A program made the translations under genes and the position numbers. A stretch of DNA of 63,844 bases, the filler included, from Octopus bimaculoides (lineage: Eukaryota): assembly GCF_001194135.2 (NCBI RefSeq). It is 5 parts of 5 records of this genome, joined end to end, with 100 filler letters (N's around TTAATTAATTAA, not from the genome) between each part and the next. Parts side by side here need not be neighbours in the genome. Positions count along the whole stretch, not along the records: positions 1 to 27,004 come from NC_069000.1; 4 more parts are not named here. The stretch is one strand, 5' to 3'. Below, one piece after another: positions 1 through 13,084 of this stretch. Each line of letters starts with the position of its first letter. Position 1 is the first letter of the stretch. The notes below the pieces were generated by a model, which was not told the origin of the DNA, searched no databases, and saw only the letters and a program-made list of their open reading frames with translations.

Positions 1-149
1 ATATATATATATATATATATATAAATATATATATATGTTGTTTGTATTCGGGTAAGTATTTCTGTTTATGACGTGGATTATTATGTACGTTTGCATGGGG
101 TTGGGGTTTTTGCGTGTATATCAATAGATGGAGAAAAGAAACCGATTTT

Positions 150-720
150 GTGACGCATGTAGTCGTCTTTTCCCGAAATGAAAAAGATGTTCACGTCTCA
201 ACGGAGATATTTTTGGTGATGGAAATTGTAGGTGGTTGAGTAGGACAACACAAGAGACGACGAGATGCAGAGAAGTGGTGGGTAACCGATGATGAAATGT
301 TATTTAGTCGATCATACGAGAGTGAGAGGCTAAACCTCTCGGTTAGTCTCGGACGAATCAGACCTACATACTCTTTCTGATCACACAGACTATATTTCAT
401 ACAATGCATGAACGAGGTGGGAGGAAAAATTGTGAGGTTCAGTGATGACGTAGTGCTTAAGATCAATGGATAGCGGAGTCGGCGACCGATAAAGGATATG
501 TGTAGGGTTTATAGAGAGCAAATTGAGAGCATTTTTAAAGAATGTGATGTTGATTGGCAGAGCGGTTGGAAGCAGCAGCTTTGAATTGGAAGTTTCGGAA
601 TTACCTTAGAAGGATCTACTGGACAATTAATAAGGAGATGTAGTGCCTGAAAAGAGCAAGATTTTAGCGATAGGACGATTTCGGTAAGGCGGAGAAAGAA
701 TCGAAATGCACTCTGTACTC
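150..720 (-). mobile_element. Penelope-like retroelement remnant (GIY-YIG endonuclease region)
   Basis: ORF 191-466 reads CSLCDQKEYVGLIRPRLTERF...DRLNNISSSVTHHFS, a degenerate match to the PLE GIY-YIG motif C..C...YIGET.R.L..RF.EH......VA.HF. Confidence 0.7.
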
Positions 721-1099
721 AGTTGTGTTCTCTCAGTAATACTTAGTCTCTCTTAATTAATAATTATAGTCCTTAGCTTTTTCCATTAGTTACAGTATTT
801 GATTTGTCCAGTCCTCATTGTACATTGTGTGCTCATTTCATTAATCGTTTACAATCACTGTCATCAATTCTAATAGACTCTATACAATTTAGTCCATAGC
901 TACAATCATTGCGCACTCTAGTTAATGTTAGTCAAGCTGCCACTTTTCAGCTCACTTGCAATACCACCATCCGTAGCCAGTACAATTGATCACCAGTTAG
1001 CAGCCTCGTTATTTGATATCTACAATCCAAAGCTTGTCAGCCTGAAATTCTTGATCGCTATGATGGTTTTCAGTCTAGCCCCTATCTATAATTTAACGT

Positions 1100-1132
<33 letters not shown>

Positions 1133-1442
1133 NNNNNNNNNNNNNNNNNNNNNNNNNNNNNNNNNNNNNNNNNNNNNNNNNNNNNNNNNNNNNNNNNNNN
1201 NNNNNNNNNNNNNNNNNNNNNNNNNNNNNATATATTCTGTGGTTAGACAACATCCTTTTCACCTGGTCTATAGCAGACAACATATAAAATTCTGATTTGA
1301 CCAAATACTTACGAGGGAGTAAGCAGTCTTGTGTAGTCTCTATATAGTCTATAGGTATCGTTTGAAATGTGATATATCATAAGATGATTTGAGAATGTTT
1401 ACGTCAGAGAACTCGATAAAGAGTATGTGTGTGTGCCTGTGC

Positions 1443-1477
<35 letters not shown>

Positions 1478-2189
1478 GAACAAAAAGAGAGAATCAGAGG
1501 AATAAAAAGAGAAAAGAAAGATAAAAAGAGAAAAGAAAGATAAAAAGAGAATGAGAGGTCAGAAACATAGAGTATACTAACCATCATATACAAGTTTTGA
1601 ATGAGGAGGACAACTTGTTCTGCCCCACCGGGTATACAATGATCCGAGACCGGGTTCTGTGAAATTAAAATGAAACAATGTAGATTAAAAGAAAGAATTC
1701 TTGAATCCTATGCAAAGGAAGTTGTTGGCTACGAAGGAATTGAGAGAGAAGAGAGAAATATAGAATTAAATAGAGACAGGAAGAGTGAATGAATAAAAAA
1801 CAGAATCAAAGAAGTAAATGATTCGCTAAGAATAAATTGTAAAGGCAGAAAATAAGTCATTTGTGTATTGAGGTTGTTGTTGACGTTGATGTCAAAGAAT
1901 TGAGAGAATAATCTCAGAATACCAGAATGTGAATTTGTTTCCGCTATGAACAGATATATGTATGTACGTAAACTTGGATGTGAGTATATATATTTCTCAA
2001 TAGAATAATGATAAAACTCTGGTGCCTGGTGTGAATATTCATGTCAATTACAAATATCAGTTTGGTGCTTGGCGCAAATGAGGCCATCATAACTACAATA
2101 TGAAAATAACAATCATGCCGCATCATTTGTCGAGTTGGTTAAAAGGCATCGCATACGGATCTCGAGTAGAGGAATCTGTTCGATAAATG

Positions 2190-2256
2190 CCGGTGCAACC
2201 AGCAAGAAGCCTGCAAACCCACCCAATACCGGTGCAACCACCAAGAAGCCTGCAAC
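2190..2256. repeat. Imperfect 39-bp-period tandem duplication
   Basis: ccggtgcaaccagcaagaagcctgcaa at 2190 recurs as ccggtgcaaccaccaagaagcctgcaa at 2229. Confidence 0.85.
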
Positions 2257-3349
2257 TTGGTCTGTGATGCGTGGGGAGGGAGTACAAAATTTTCGGTCCC
2301 AGGACACCAAAGCAGATCAAGAATCAAGAAGAGAAAATCCTTTAATAATTGAGAATTAAAATGTCAAAATTGTTAGATAAAAATATGCCGGTTAGATATA
2401 ATCGGTGTCTCCTCTACAAAATTTCGCTGCTCCGATAGCGTACACTTGGATATAGGCTTGAAACTCCACTACGCAAGTGTGGTGCCAACAATGTTTGCAC
2501 AGGTGGGATTAGGATAATCCCAATCTCCGGCTTTCGGATTTAATTATGGAGTGAAACCTACTAGGTGTGAGGGTTCACCTCTTGAAGCTAAGGCTGAATG
2601 AAAGACTACTATGGCTGCTGTAAGTATATGCAGCAAACAGTGAGGTCAACTATAAATTCTTCTTTAACAAAGTCACCTCAGCTTTAGATATATTTGGGGT
2701 AAAGTCATTTGTCCTGCAAGGAGGCTTCAGTGCGCAGCTTGGCACTGAAACCCGTGAGAAGGATTGATTGGGTGGAATGTGGTCGCTGAACTTAATGGAG
2801 AGGCCATGCTAGCCTTCTGTGCAGGATACGCACTCTCCTCTCTATGGTATAGATATTATTTTAAGACAGGGATATTTATAAGGGTATTGGGTATAGAAAT
2901 ACTTAAGGACAGAGATTATTGATAGATTTCGGTCATCTTTGACGCTGTGCTGGGCGTTCGGGTAAAAGGAGGAGTGGAATTGTCAACTGATCACCACGTA
3001 GATGTCTGAAACCTGAAAATTCCTACAGTCTGCAGAACACAGGAAACTGGTAAGTCCAGAGCGACCTACAGAATAGAGTTGGAAGCCGCAGTGGATGATG
3101 GGATAAGAAACAAAAATGTTGGTACTTTTGCATCCAGAGTGCGATTGACCAGCCTGAATAAACTTGGACATCGAAATGGAATAGTGATTTTTTTTTTTCT
3201 GCCGGTTCTTCTTCAGTTGAACACTTATTTGATCTAAAGTCACTTAAAAGTTATAAAGCTTCTGGTGAAAAGTACGTCCGGCTTGATATTTTAGAAACCT
3301 TAGATACAGATGGTATTCTCTGAGTGACCCATGTACGACCCATATACTC

Positions 3350-3700
3350 ATATACACACAATAAATATAGTATATTAGAGTAACATTTTGTTAGGGAAAT
3401 TATTGTAAAGTAGACTATATTTTAAAAGAAATTTAGACAAGCGTCTTAGTATATATTACTGAGGAAATATGGACAGTGATGTAGAGCCAATTCAAAGCTG
3501 GTGAAATTATAAATCATTAGTTAAGGAGACACGGGTAAATGACTTTAGCTATAAAATTAGTTCTTACTTGGTGTGTCATCAGGTTTATCGTCGAGAGATT
3601 TCTTGGAGATGAAACGATTCTGTAAAAAAAAATAGAAATAGCATCACATAAATAGAACCTCGGAGTATTTATTATCGTTTAGAACTTAAAACAATGCAAT
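3350..3700 (+). mobile_element. Degenerate second copy of the LTR/gag start of the Gypsy element at 10330
   Basis: Alignable by eye with 10390-10815, e.g. tcgagagatttcttgg...aatagaaatagcatcacata vs tcgagagatttcttgg...aatagaaataatatcacaca. Confidence 0.6.
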
Positions 3701-4828
3701 AAAGGACAACATTTTCGGACAGCTTTTTATGAAGATGTGAGTGAGAACGTCATTGAGCATTCCACCAAATCTATAATATCGTGTTACATCTTGGTGGTTT
3801 GCTTGAATTGCTATCCTTTCACTGCATCTGGTATTTCTTGCTTTTATATAGCAAAAGCATACACGTTACAAAGAGAGCTAACATCCCTGTTGTTTATGAA
3901 GAGCAGATGAATTTTGTTGTCAAAATTTCAGTTAATTCAAAGAGTGCTAGACATGTAGACCTGCGTAATACTTTGCTGATATACATAAAAGTCCGACGCC
4001 AACCTTTCATGTACGGCGTCCTAATCCGTTGTTGGACTTTTCCACTGCGTGCTTAAAAGAAGCTCTGAAGGGAATATGATGCAATATTTAAAAGTTGCTT
4101 GAATTAATGCAAAAGCTCTGTTGCTTTGATTTTGTTTAGCGTAGTTATCCATCATGATCACTGAAGAGTCGGACATTTCTAATATTAATAGTGCTACAGT
4201 CTGATGCCAGAAGATGTGGCCATGCTGGAACACCACCTATAGTGATATTGGTGAATAATATTCAGGATATATGGTCGAATATCTATATATCATTTGGCGT
4301 TCAAACGAATATCACAAAAATTAGTAAGAAAGATATTAGAGTACATACATAGTAGGTTATTAATTGATTGCATACGAAAGAGATGAGGATAAGATTTTCT
4401 GTATACTGATGCTATATAAACTGGTTATATACATCTCAAATATAGAGAAGTGTACATGTGTGAATGTACATATGTGTATATATATATATATNNNNNNNNN
4501 NNNNNNNNNNNNNNNNNNNNNNNNNNNNNNNNNNNNNNNNNNNNNNNNNNNNNNNNNNNNNNNNNNNNNNNNNNNNNNNNNNNNNNNNNNNNNNNNNNNN
4601 NNNNNNNNNNNACAGGTTATGAGCGATAGTGGTGTCAATTAGACCCAGAGGTTTCAGGTAATGCTGAGTAAGTGCTAGGATAGACCACAGTTAAGCTCCA
4701 GGTTCGGTGGTTATGCGAATAAGGGTTCCAACGTAGGTCATATATCAGTGTGTGAATATAGGATATACTTTTCGTAATGAGATAAAAAACCAAGGCTGTG
4801 TATAATATAGAACATTTATAAATTGAAT

Positions 4829-4876
4829 GTCTTACAGCTGTTTCCAGGATATTTATTATATCTCTTCATCGGAGAC
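4829..4876 (-). ncRNA. Type I hammerhead ribozyme-like motif (one core substitution)
   Basis: Minus strand: GTCT-CCGATGA-AGAGATAT aataa ATATCCTG-GAAA-CAGCTG-TA-AGAC. Stem I GUCU/AGAC is perfect and stem III is palindromic; the core is CCGAUGA rather than CUGAUGA. Confidence 0.7.
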
Positions 4877-5459
4877 GGTGTGAGAGGATGATTAAGCAAT
4901 AGTTAGTTTAGTTAAGATAAGAAATATAGAGTGAATGTAGGGATATTGTATTTGTAAATCCATTGTTTAGGCAGAATGGTATACATATAAGATTCCAATA
5001 CCTTGTGAGTAAAGTCCAATCGGTTTTAAGATTGGTCGTTGGCTATGTAAATCCATTATTAATATTCCAATACCCTATGAGTAAAATCCTACAGTCATTG
5101 AAATTGGTCATTCCACATACAGAGTTTATGCGCAGTGTTATTGAATCAAGGATTCTGTTTATTGAATCAAGGGTTCACTTTAAACAGAACCCTGATGGGT
5201 CTTGATGGGTCGTGTTAGACACAGCGCACACTGCTGCAAAGGAGATTATATCCACTGACAGATTTTCGATGCGTTCAAATATCACATAAACCGCACCTCA
5301 AGTTTTTCATGAAAGTTAGGCCTTGAAATACTCCAAACGGACGCATAGCATGTTGCTTAGTCGAATTAGCCCAGCATTTGCTCTACAAATGTTTTCTTGT
5401 CAATGCTGCACTTTCCCATATTACCTGTTTCAACATAACTGTAATATATTATATACCGT

Positions 5460-5765
5460 GGAGGCGCAATGGTCCAGTGGTTAGAGCAGCGGACTCGCGG
5501 TCATAGGATCGCGCTTTCGATTCCCAGACCGGACGTTGTGAGTGTTTATTGAGCGAAAACACCTAAAGCTCCACGAGGCTCCGGCAGGGGATGGTGGCGA
5601 ACCCTACTGTACTCTTCCACCACAACTTTCTCTCACCCTTGCTTCCTGTTTCTGTTGTGCCTGTAATTCAAAGGGTCAGACTTGTCACACTGTGTCACGC
5701 TGAATATCCCCGAGAACTACGTTAAGGGTACACGTGTCTGCGGAGTGCTCAGCCATATGCATGTT
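5460..5765 (+). mobile_element. tRNA-derived SINE, Octopus OK-type
   Basis: tRNA-like head with A box (tggtccagtgg) and B box (tttcgattcc); body nearly identical to 22702-23053; cut by an N gap. Family name from recall. Confidence 0.85.
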
Positions 5766-6249
5766 NNNNNNNNNNNNNNNNNNNNNNNNNNNNNNNNNNN
5801 NNNNNNNNNNNNNNNNNNNNNNNNNNNNNNNNNNNNNNNNNNNNNNNNNNNNNNNNNNNNNNNNNNNNNNNNNNNNNNNNNNNNNNNNNNNNNNNNNNNN
5901 NNNNNNNNNNNNNNNNNNNNNNNNNNNNNNNNNNNNNNNNNNNNNNNNNNNNNNNNNNNNNNNNNNNNNNNNNNNNNNNNNNNNNNNNNNNNNNNNNNNN
6001 NNNNNNNNNNNNNNNNNNNNNNNNNNNNNNNNNNNNNNNNNNNNNNNNNNNNNNNNNNNNNNNNNNNNNNNNNNNNNNNNNNNNNNNNNNNNNNNNNNNN
6101 NNNNNNNNNNNNNNNNNNNNNNNNNNNNNNNNNNNNNNNNNNNNNNNNNNNNNNNNNNNNNNNNNNNNNNNNNNNNNNNNNNNNNNNNNNNNNNNNNNNN
6201 NNNNNNNNNNNNNNNNNNNNNNNNNNNNNNNNNNNNNNNNNNNNNNNNN

Positions 6250-6281
<32 letters not shown>

Positions 6282-6964
6282 AACAAGAGTGAAAAAACTA
6301 CAGAATACACATACACGTATACTTAAGCATACACACCATAACTATCACAAATATATCTACTTATATGCATATACACATACAAACACGCAGATATGTGAGT
6401 GGATATACACTGTATAGTGTGATTGTTCGTGTACGTGTGTGTGTTTGCATGTATTTACATTCGTTCTTACATATTGACATATATAAAAACGAACGTTAAT
6501 TAAAGTCAAACATTACTAAATGCACCGATCTACAGTGGCACTCACACGTTTTATTTTAAGTTTGAGAGAAAAGATACCAAAAACTCACCTTAATTCCATT
6601 CCTGATGGAGAGAAATAGGTAAATGTGTCCAAATATGTATGTATTCTTATGTGTGGGTGTATGCGTGTTTGCATGTTTTTTTTTTGTTTATGTGCATGCG
6701 CGTGTGTGTGTCAGTGTACATCTATATGTAATACTTAAAAGTAATATTAATAGGGCTAAACGTTGCAGCCAGACGGTGTGGTCATGCTAGGACCCACCAT
6801 TAGATTTATTCTTCCATTACGTACATATTTCCCTCTCCAGGATTATGTCTGGTGAAAGAGCAATCGGACAGGGGTACAATTCCGCTCTTCTTTGTTTTTC
6901 CTATGGATGTATGCACAAGACACCACTCTTTGTGTGTGTGTGTGTGTGTGTGNNNNNNNNNNAT

Positions 6965-7420
6965 TACAGTGGCTGTGTGGTAAGAAGATTGCTTCTCAAC
7001 CACAAGGTATTGGGTTCAGTCCCACTGCGTAGCACATTCGACCAGTGTCTTCCACTATAGCCTCGAGCTGACCAAAACTATATCAGTGGATTTGGTAGAC
7101 AGAGACTGAAAGAAGTGTGTTACACACACACACACACACTTATACGTGTGTATGTATGCATGTATGTATGCATGCATGTATGTATGCATGCATGTATGTA
7201 TGTATGTATGTATGTATGTATTTGCGTGATTATGCTTGTGGCTCCACTATGGCTTCTCAACTGATGTCGGTGTGTTTATGACCCCGTAATTTAGCAGTTC
7301 AGCTAGAGATACCGATAGAATGAGCACTAGGCTTACAAAGAATAAGTCCTGAAGTCGATTTGTCCGACTAAAGGCAGTGCTCTAGCATGGCCGTAGTCAA
7401 ATGACTGAAACGAGTAAAAG
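6965..7420 (+). mobile_element. tRNA-derived SINE with CORE-like segment and internal microsatellite (Octopus OR-type)
   Basis: Head gtggctgtgtggtaagaag...gggttcagtcccactgcg, internal (TATG)n, and tail ...ccagcatggccgcagtcaaatgactgaaac-like shared with many copies in the window. Confidence 0.85.
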
Positions 7421-7435
7421 AATAAATCTATATGC

Positions 7436-7503
<68 letters not shown>

Positions 7504-7769
7504 GCATATGTATGTTTGTATATATATATATATATATATATATACGCACTCATATGTTCATGTATATGTATATTTATATATACATATATATGTATATATA
7601 TGTATATACATATATGTATTGTGTGTGCGCCTGTGTGTTTTTGTGTGATTGCGTGTGTGATGGATCTCTATGTATGTGTGTGCCGTATAGGAATAGATGT
7701 ACATGATTCATAGATACATACATACCTACAGACATGCATGCAGTAACACAAAATCCATGACTTACTGTT

Positions 7770-8460
7770 TTCGATTTCTCTTCGATTTTCCCTATTCTTG
7801 AATCTTGGTGAAGAAGCACGATGGTCAGAACGAGAAGAACCCCAAAAGCAATGAGAGAAGAAATGGAATAACGTTGCGAAATATTCCTGGACAGTTGTGC
7901 GAAATCCATTCTGGTGACAGTTGTCGGTCGTACGTGATACTTCGTGTGGCTTCCACAATAGATCGAGAGCGAGATCTAAGTGAAGACCTGTCACTGAATT
8001 CCANNNNNNNNNNNNNNNNNNNNNNNNNNNNNNNNNNNNNNNNNNNNNNNNNNNNNNNNNNNNNNNNNNNNNNNNNNNNNNNNNNNNNNNNNNNNNNNNN
8101 NNNNNNNNNNNNNNNNNNNNNNNNNNNNNNNNNNNNNNNNNNNNNNNNNNNNNNNNNNNNNNNNNNNNNNNNNNNNNNNNNNNNNNNNNNNNNNNNNNNN
8201 NNNNNNNNNNNNNNNNNNTACACCTGTAAAAGTGGGTGTGAACTTATATGACAGGTTTAATTACTGGAAAGCAGTGGTTTGATATTGTCACACAATAATT
8301 AGCAAAATATTTTTGACTGACAGAAACATGTAGGGTAATAGGATTCCTGTTTCTGGATATATTATCATATATTTATTTCCAAATGTTGTTATTTAAATTT
8401 ATTTGTTATTCTTGGGAATCTGTTTTAATATTCAATGAGGGAAGTATTTCGTTAAACCAA
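7770..8460 (-). mobile_element. Repeat copy, probable Gypsy gag C-terminal remnant
   Basis: Clearly homologous to 13085-13600. Minus-strand frames give RSIVEAT and RASSPRFKNRENRREIENSKSWILCY, resembling the ADRIME...RSRS...CWYH end of Gypsy gag. Interrupted by a gap. Confidence 0.5.
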
Positions 8461-8597
8461 CAAATACACTGAGAGTAATCGCAAATCTTAATCTAATGAA
8501 GTCTGCTGTTCGGCTTGGATTCTTCACAACAAGCGTTAATCTAATTAAAAAATGTTACGTGGATATGAAAATCGAAACCTACCAATTACCACCCACA

Positions 8598-8603
8598 CAT
8601 ACA

Positions 8604-8635
<32 letters not shown>

Positions 8636-8865
8636 CACACACATACATACATACATATACACACACATACATACATACATACATATACACACACATACAT
8701 ACATACATACATACATACATGCATACATACATACATACATACATATACACACACATACATACATACATACATACATATACACACACATACATACATACAT
8801 ACGTACATACATACATACATGCATGCATACATACATACATACATACATACATACATACATACGTG
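8598..8865. repeat. Compound (TACA)n/(CA)n microsatellite
   Basis: Directly visible; it generates the spurious HTY/MYVC ORFs. Confidence 0.97.
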
Positions 8866-9879
8866 CACAAATAGATATTAAAAAGTCCTTTTATCTGTTT
8901 CAGTCATTAGACTGCCGCCTCGTCTAGTTTTTAATGGAACTAATCACCTCCAAGGACTTATTTTTGTTTTAAGCCGGGTATTTACTGTATATTTCTTTTT
9001 TTTTTTACGCAGGAACACTAATAATTCTTCCGTTGGTGCGGGAGATACACCGGTGCGCCCCCACCCTTGTACATATATATATATATATATANNNNNNNNN
9101 NNNNNNNNNNNNNNNNNNNNNNNNNNNNNNNNNNNNNNNNNNNNNNNNNNNNNNNNNNNNNNNNNNNNNNNNNNNNNNNNNNNNNNNNNNNNNNNNNNNN
9201 NNNNNNNNNNNNNNNNNNNNNNNNNNNNNNNNNNNNNNNNNNNNNNNNNNNNNNNNNNNNNNNNNNNNNNNNNNNNNNNNNNNNNNNNNNNNNNNNNNNN
9301 NNNNNNNNNNNNNNNNNNNNNNNNNNNNNNNNNNNNNNNNNNNNNNNNNNNNNNNNNNNNNNNNNNNNNNNNNNNNNNNNNNNNNNNNNNNNNNNNNNNN
9401 NNNNNNNNNNNNNNNNNNNNNNNNNNNNNNNNNNNNNNNNNNNNNNNNNNNNNNNNNNNNNNNNNNNNNNNNNNNNNNNNNNNNNNNNNNNNNNNNNNNN
9501 NNNNNNNNNNNNNNNNNNNNNNNNNNNNNNNNNNNNNNNNNNNNNNNNNNNNNNNNNNNNNNNNNNNNNNNNNNNNNNNNATATATATATGCACGTATGC
9601 ACACGACCAGTTTAAATTGCCCGCCTAAAAACTCCTTGTGCGATATGGTCAGTATATCACCGCAGTAAATATAATGACGGTTATTGGGACCTCACTATGT
9701 ATTACGGTGTTCTATTCACGGATGATGGGAGGCAGGAAGCTGAATTGAATGCTCCAATTGTGGATGCTGGACTAGTAAATCACCAACTCAGGCATTCGTT
9801 CCTCAGAAGACGAGAAATTGGTTAAAAAAAAAAGTCGAACACGCTGGTGATGAATGTTGGCTCATGACTAAAATAGTAC

Positions 9880-10200
9880 GAGCGTTGATAAATGCAGCCG
9901 AAGTGAATTTGCGCCAGGGAATCTCTACAGTATATTTCTTCGTAGATTGCATAGCTTAAATATCAGGCAATTTCGCAGGGTCAGACGCTACGGTATTATG
10001 GACACGTGCTTAGGATAGCGCAGGAAAGTATGGCAAGACTGATTTTTCTAGCCGTGCCAACTTACAGGAGATTAAGGGGCAGCCAAAGAACGAGATAGAT
10101 AATATCCATAGTCTCAGTAGGTTATGCATGGGTATCTAACCGGACAGCATTCCATGGAGGAAATGTCTGAGGAATCTACCTACCAACCCACCCATGCAAA
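9880..10200 (+). mobile_element. RTE-like LINE 3' remnant
   Basis: From about 9982 translates QTLRYYGHVLRIAQESMARLIF...RRLRGSQRTR*, matching the RTE C-terminal pattern LRW.GHV.RM...R.RGRP..RW. Confidence 0.7.
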
Positions 10201-10329
10201 GTGGGCGGTGAAGACATATTGAAGCTTATATTGATATTGTTCGTTACCAATTTTCTTGTATTTCTTGTCTACACTGTCACTAAATCAGCTGGATTGAAAA
10301 TATTTTTCAGACTAGTTTTTTCAGATTAT

Positions 10330-11500
10330 TGTCACATATATACCTAAAATTACTGATAGATATTGACATGACCTTGCACACATATACATATAAGCACACT
10401 TTATATCATAGTAGAATAGAATAACTTTTCATTAAGGAATTTATACTAAAGTATAGTAAAGATATTTGAGAATATATTTAGGCAAGTATTTTTGTGTTGA
10501 ATATTTTACTGAGAAATAAGTGATAGTGTTGCAGAACTAATTCAACGTTGAAGTCAGTAGGCAAATACCTAGTTTTCATCTCTACGGTGTTTACTGAAGA
10601 AGTGGAAGCTGAATATTTTATGATATTTAATGTAGTATGTAAACGTATGTTCCAATCTTTTTGTTTTGACAGTGTTGTATGATATAAAATTCGTTCTTAC
10701 TTTTTGTGTCATCATCGAGAGATTTCTTGGCAAGGAAACAGTTCTGTGACAAAATAGAAATAATATCACACAACTAGAACTTCAGAATATTTATTATGGT
10801 CAAGAATCTAAAGCAATATGCTTACTCTAGATTCTTTCAAGTGTTTGATTTTTGCACAAGGATTGACAGATAAAGGAGATGCAGAAATCCAAACGGATAT
10901 TCTATCAAAACTGGAAAAGAAACAGGATTTGACATTGCAGAAACTGTTGGAAGAGTGTGACATGATATTAAAATTAAGGCATGACACAGAAGAAATTCAA
11001 CGGAAAGAGTGCTTCCAAATAAGACCAGTGCAAAAAACGTCGGAAGAACAAATTGTTGCAGAAAAACAGAAAAACTATCGGACATAGACCCATGTATGAC
11101 ATGTAGTGGGATGCACCTGAAAAAAGATTGTCTGGGTATTCACTGCGAGTTTGCAGGGCATATAAAATCGCACTTCAAAACTAGAATGATAGGAAAATGG
11201 AACAAACACGAAAAAAGTAATTGCTTGTCAGCAGGAAAAGTTGTAACTATAAGAAACAGAAAATTTGTGAATGTGAGTATTGAAACCGCTAGTGTCAAAA
11301 TGAAACTAAACAGGGGAAGGGACTTCACAATCATAAATGAGAAAACATGGGAACACATGGGTAAACGTAAATTATGTAGTTCAAGCAAAATAGTGTACGG
11401 TGTTACTGGAAGAAAATTGTATTTCACAGGCGAACGCGATTGTAATATAATATTCAAAGATCGAACCAAACAAGTGAATTTTATGTGTTGAAAAAATCCA
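10330..11500 (+). mobile_element. Gypsy LTR retrotransposon remnant: putative 5' LTR, PBS-like site, gag, Zn knuckle, aspartic protease
   Basis: ORF 10818-11087 (DSFKCLIFAQGL...ILSKLEKKQDLTLQKLLEECDMILKLRHDT) is typical gag. ORF 11009-11491 has C..C.G.H....C..GH and a decayed protease site (LNRGRDFTII for LDTGSDITII). The TGTCAC start at 10330 and PBS-like gttgaagtcagtagg at about 10547 are less certain. Confidence 0.8.
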
Positions 11501-11684
11501 TGAATTTATTTGGCTCAAAAATAAGGAAATAAAGAAAGGCTTGATGCAAACAATCGCCAAGATGTAAGCGTGTACTCTATATGTGATGGTTACCAACGTA
11601 CGTTAAGAACAACAGAACCCAATTCACAGTGAGTTAGTTTTGATGTAAGAAACTTTATACAAATATTTCACATAATTTGGGAAT

Positions 11685-12350
11685 TAATGCCATAAAATAT
11701 TAGGTTGATAAACATAGAGAAGCGGTCCTCAGTAGATTTACTGTAACCTTCATACTAGACGCGATCAGCCTCATCCTCGAAAACAATACATTCCTTTTAA
11801 AACGGAACAAAACTACCTCCAAATTCAAGGCACAGCTATGGGGACGCGATTTTCTCCAGTTTTCACGAACTCGGTATTGGGATACTTGGAACAAAGCCTA
11901 TATAAAAATTTGAGAACTACCGCACGACTTTTAGAAGACATATAGAGGATACATGGAAAATATACCTCAATGGTTGTTTCCTAATTTGGACCAAATCCCT
12001 AGAAAATCTGGAAGAATTCAGATCCATAAGAACAAAAAATGGACAGATTTTCGCAAATGCAGATATGAACTGCAAAAACAGAAATTTGATCCACTGCATC
12101 AAACGCCTGAATTGCGAGGAACTTTATGTTGGCGAGACAGGGAATGCATTATCGAACGCTCACGAGTTCACAGGCAACAAATCCATCCGGAACACTAATG
12201 TTCGTCAAATTCCATTGAGCAAACAGAAACATGTGGTCAGAAAATGTTTCTAACTTTTCATTTCCACAAACTACATGACACAAGTAAGGTTGCAAGAAAG
12301 ATAAAGGAAAAACGCTTCATTAAAATGTTCAAACCTTTTCTGACCGGAAA
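11685..12350 (+). mobile_element. Penelope-like element, RT fused to GIY-YIG by an internal deletion
   Basis: Frames give LILENNTF..YLQIQGTAMGT...LGYLEQSLY...WKIYLNGCFLIW (RT, YLDD decayed) followed at once by MNCKNRNLIHCIKRLNCEELYVGETGN...RVHRQQI (GIY-YIG). Confidence 0.9.
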
Positions 12351-12714
12351 TAACAGAAATAATATAACAACCAGTTAATGATGTGGATTAAAAAATACCT
12401 TTAACATATAAATATAAATAAATTACAGAAGGCTCCCACCAACTGAGATAAAAACGATCGAAACCAACTAAGTTTGCTTACTCATAAAACCATTACATGT
12501 AAATTGCAAGTTAATTGATTAAAATAAAGGTGGAAGCCATACCAGTGATATCGGTATGCCCAGAAAACCTTGACGTTTAAGCTGCATGCGGATTGGTCAA
12601 AATTTTATTCCAAAACTTCAGTTTGTTGGAGCCTTCTAAGAAGCATAAAAATGAAGGAGTCAGTAATTCAACTACAGTTGTCAAAAACTCAACTGTCAGT
12701 TAAATACATTTTGA

Positions 12715-12752
12715 AATCTGATGATTACTACGAATGTATGAAAGCGCTAATT
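12715..12752 (+). ncRNA. Degenerate type I hammerhead-like motif downstream of the PLE
   Basis: AAT-CTGATGA-ttactacgaatgtat-GAAA-GCGC-TA-ATT; stem I is only 3 bp and the 10.1-11.1 pair is a mismatch. Confidence 0.4.
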
Positions 12753-13084
12753 GAACTTTATGAACATTACAGAATATTTCTTTGATGTTTAACACACTTC
12801 AATATTGCAAAAAATTTATTTTTTAAAAATGCCATTATAAAAAAACGTAAAAACCAGACCATATTTTAACTTTATTCAACGGAGATATTATTCTATACAC
12901 ATTTACACAAATTCACACATAATCACATAATACACTCACACGCGCAGACACATACACACACACAAGCACACACATACACACGCATACACATACAACTTTA
13001 GCGTTTCCACTCAAAATATCGAAAAGTCCATACAGTACACGTTTACATTAACACAAACTTTACTTTTCATTTACTAACTTTACT

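Noticed and set aside
2400-3240. Possible further retroelement RT remnant on the minus strand
   Set aside because: Only vague motif resemblance (FKPISKC); not enough to assign.
5460-5535. tRNA gene
   Set aside because: The tRNA-like head continues into a SINE body that is repeated at 22702; no terminator or complete cloverleaf.
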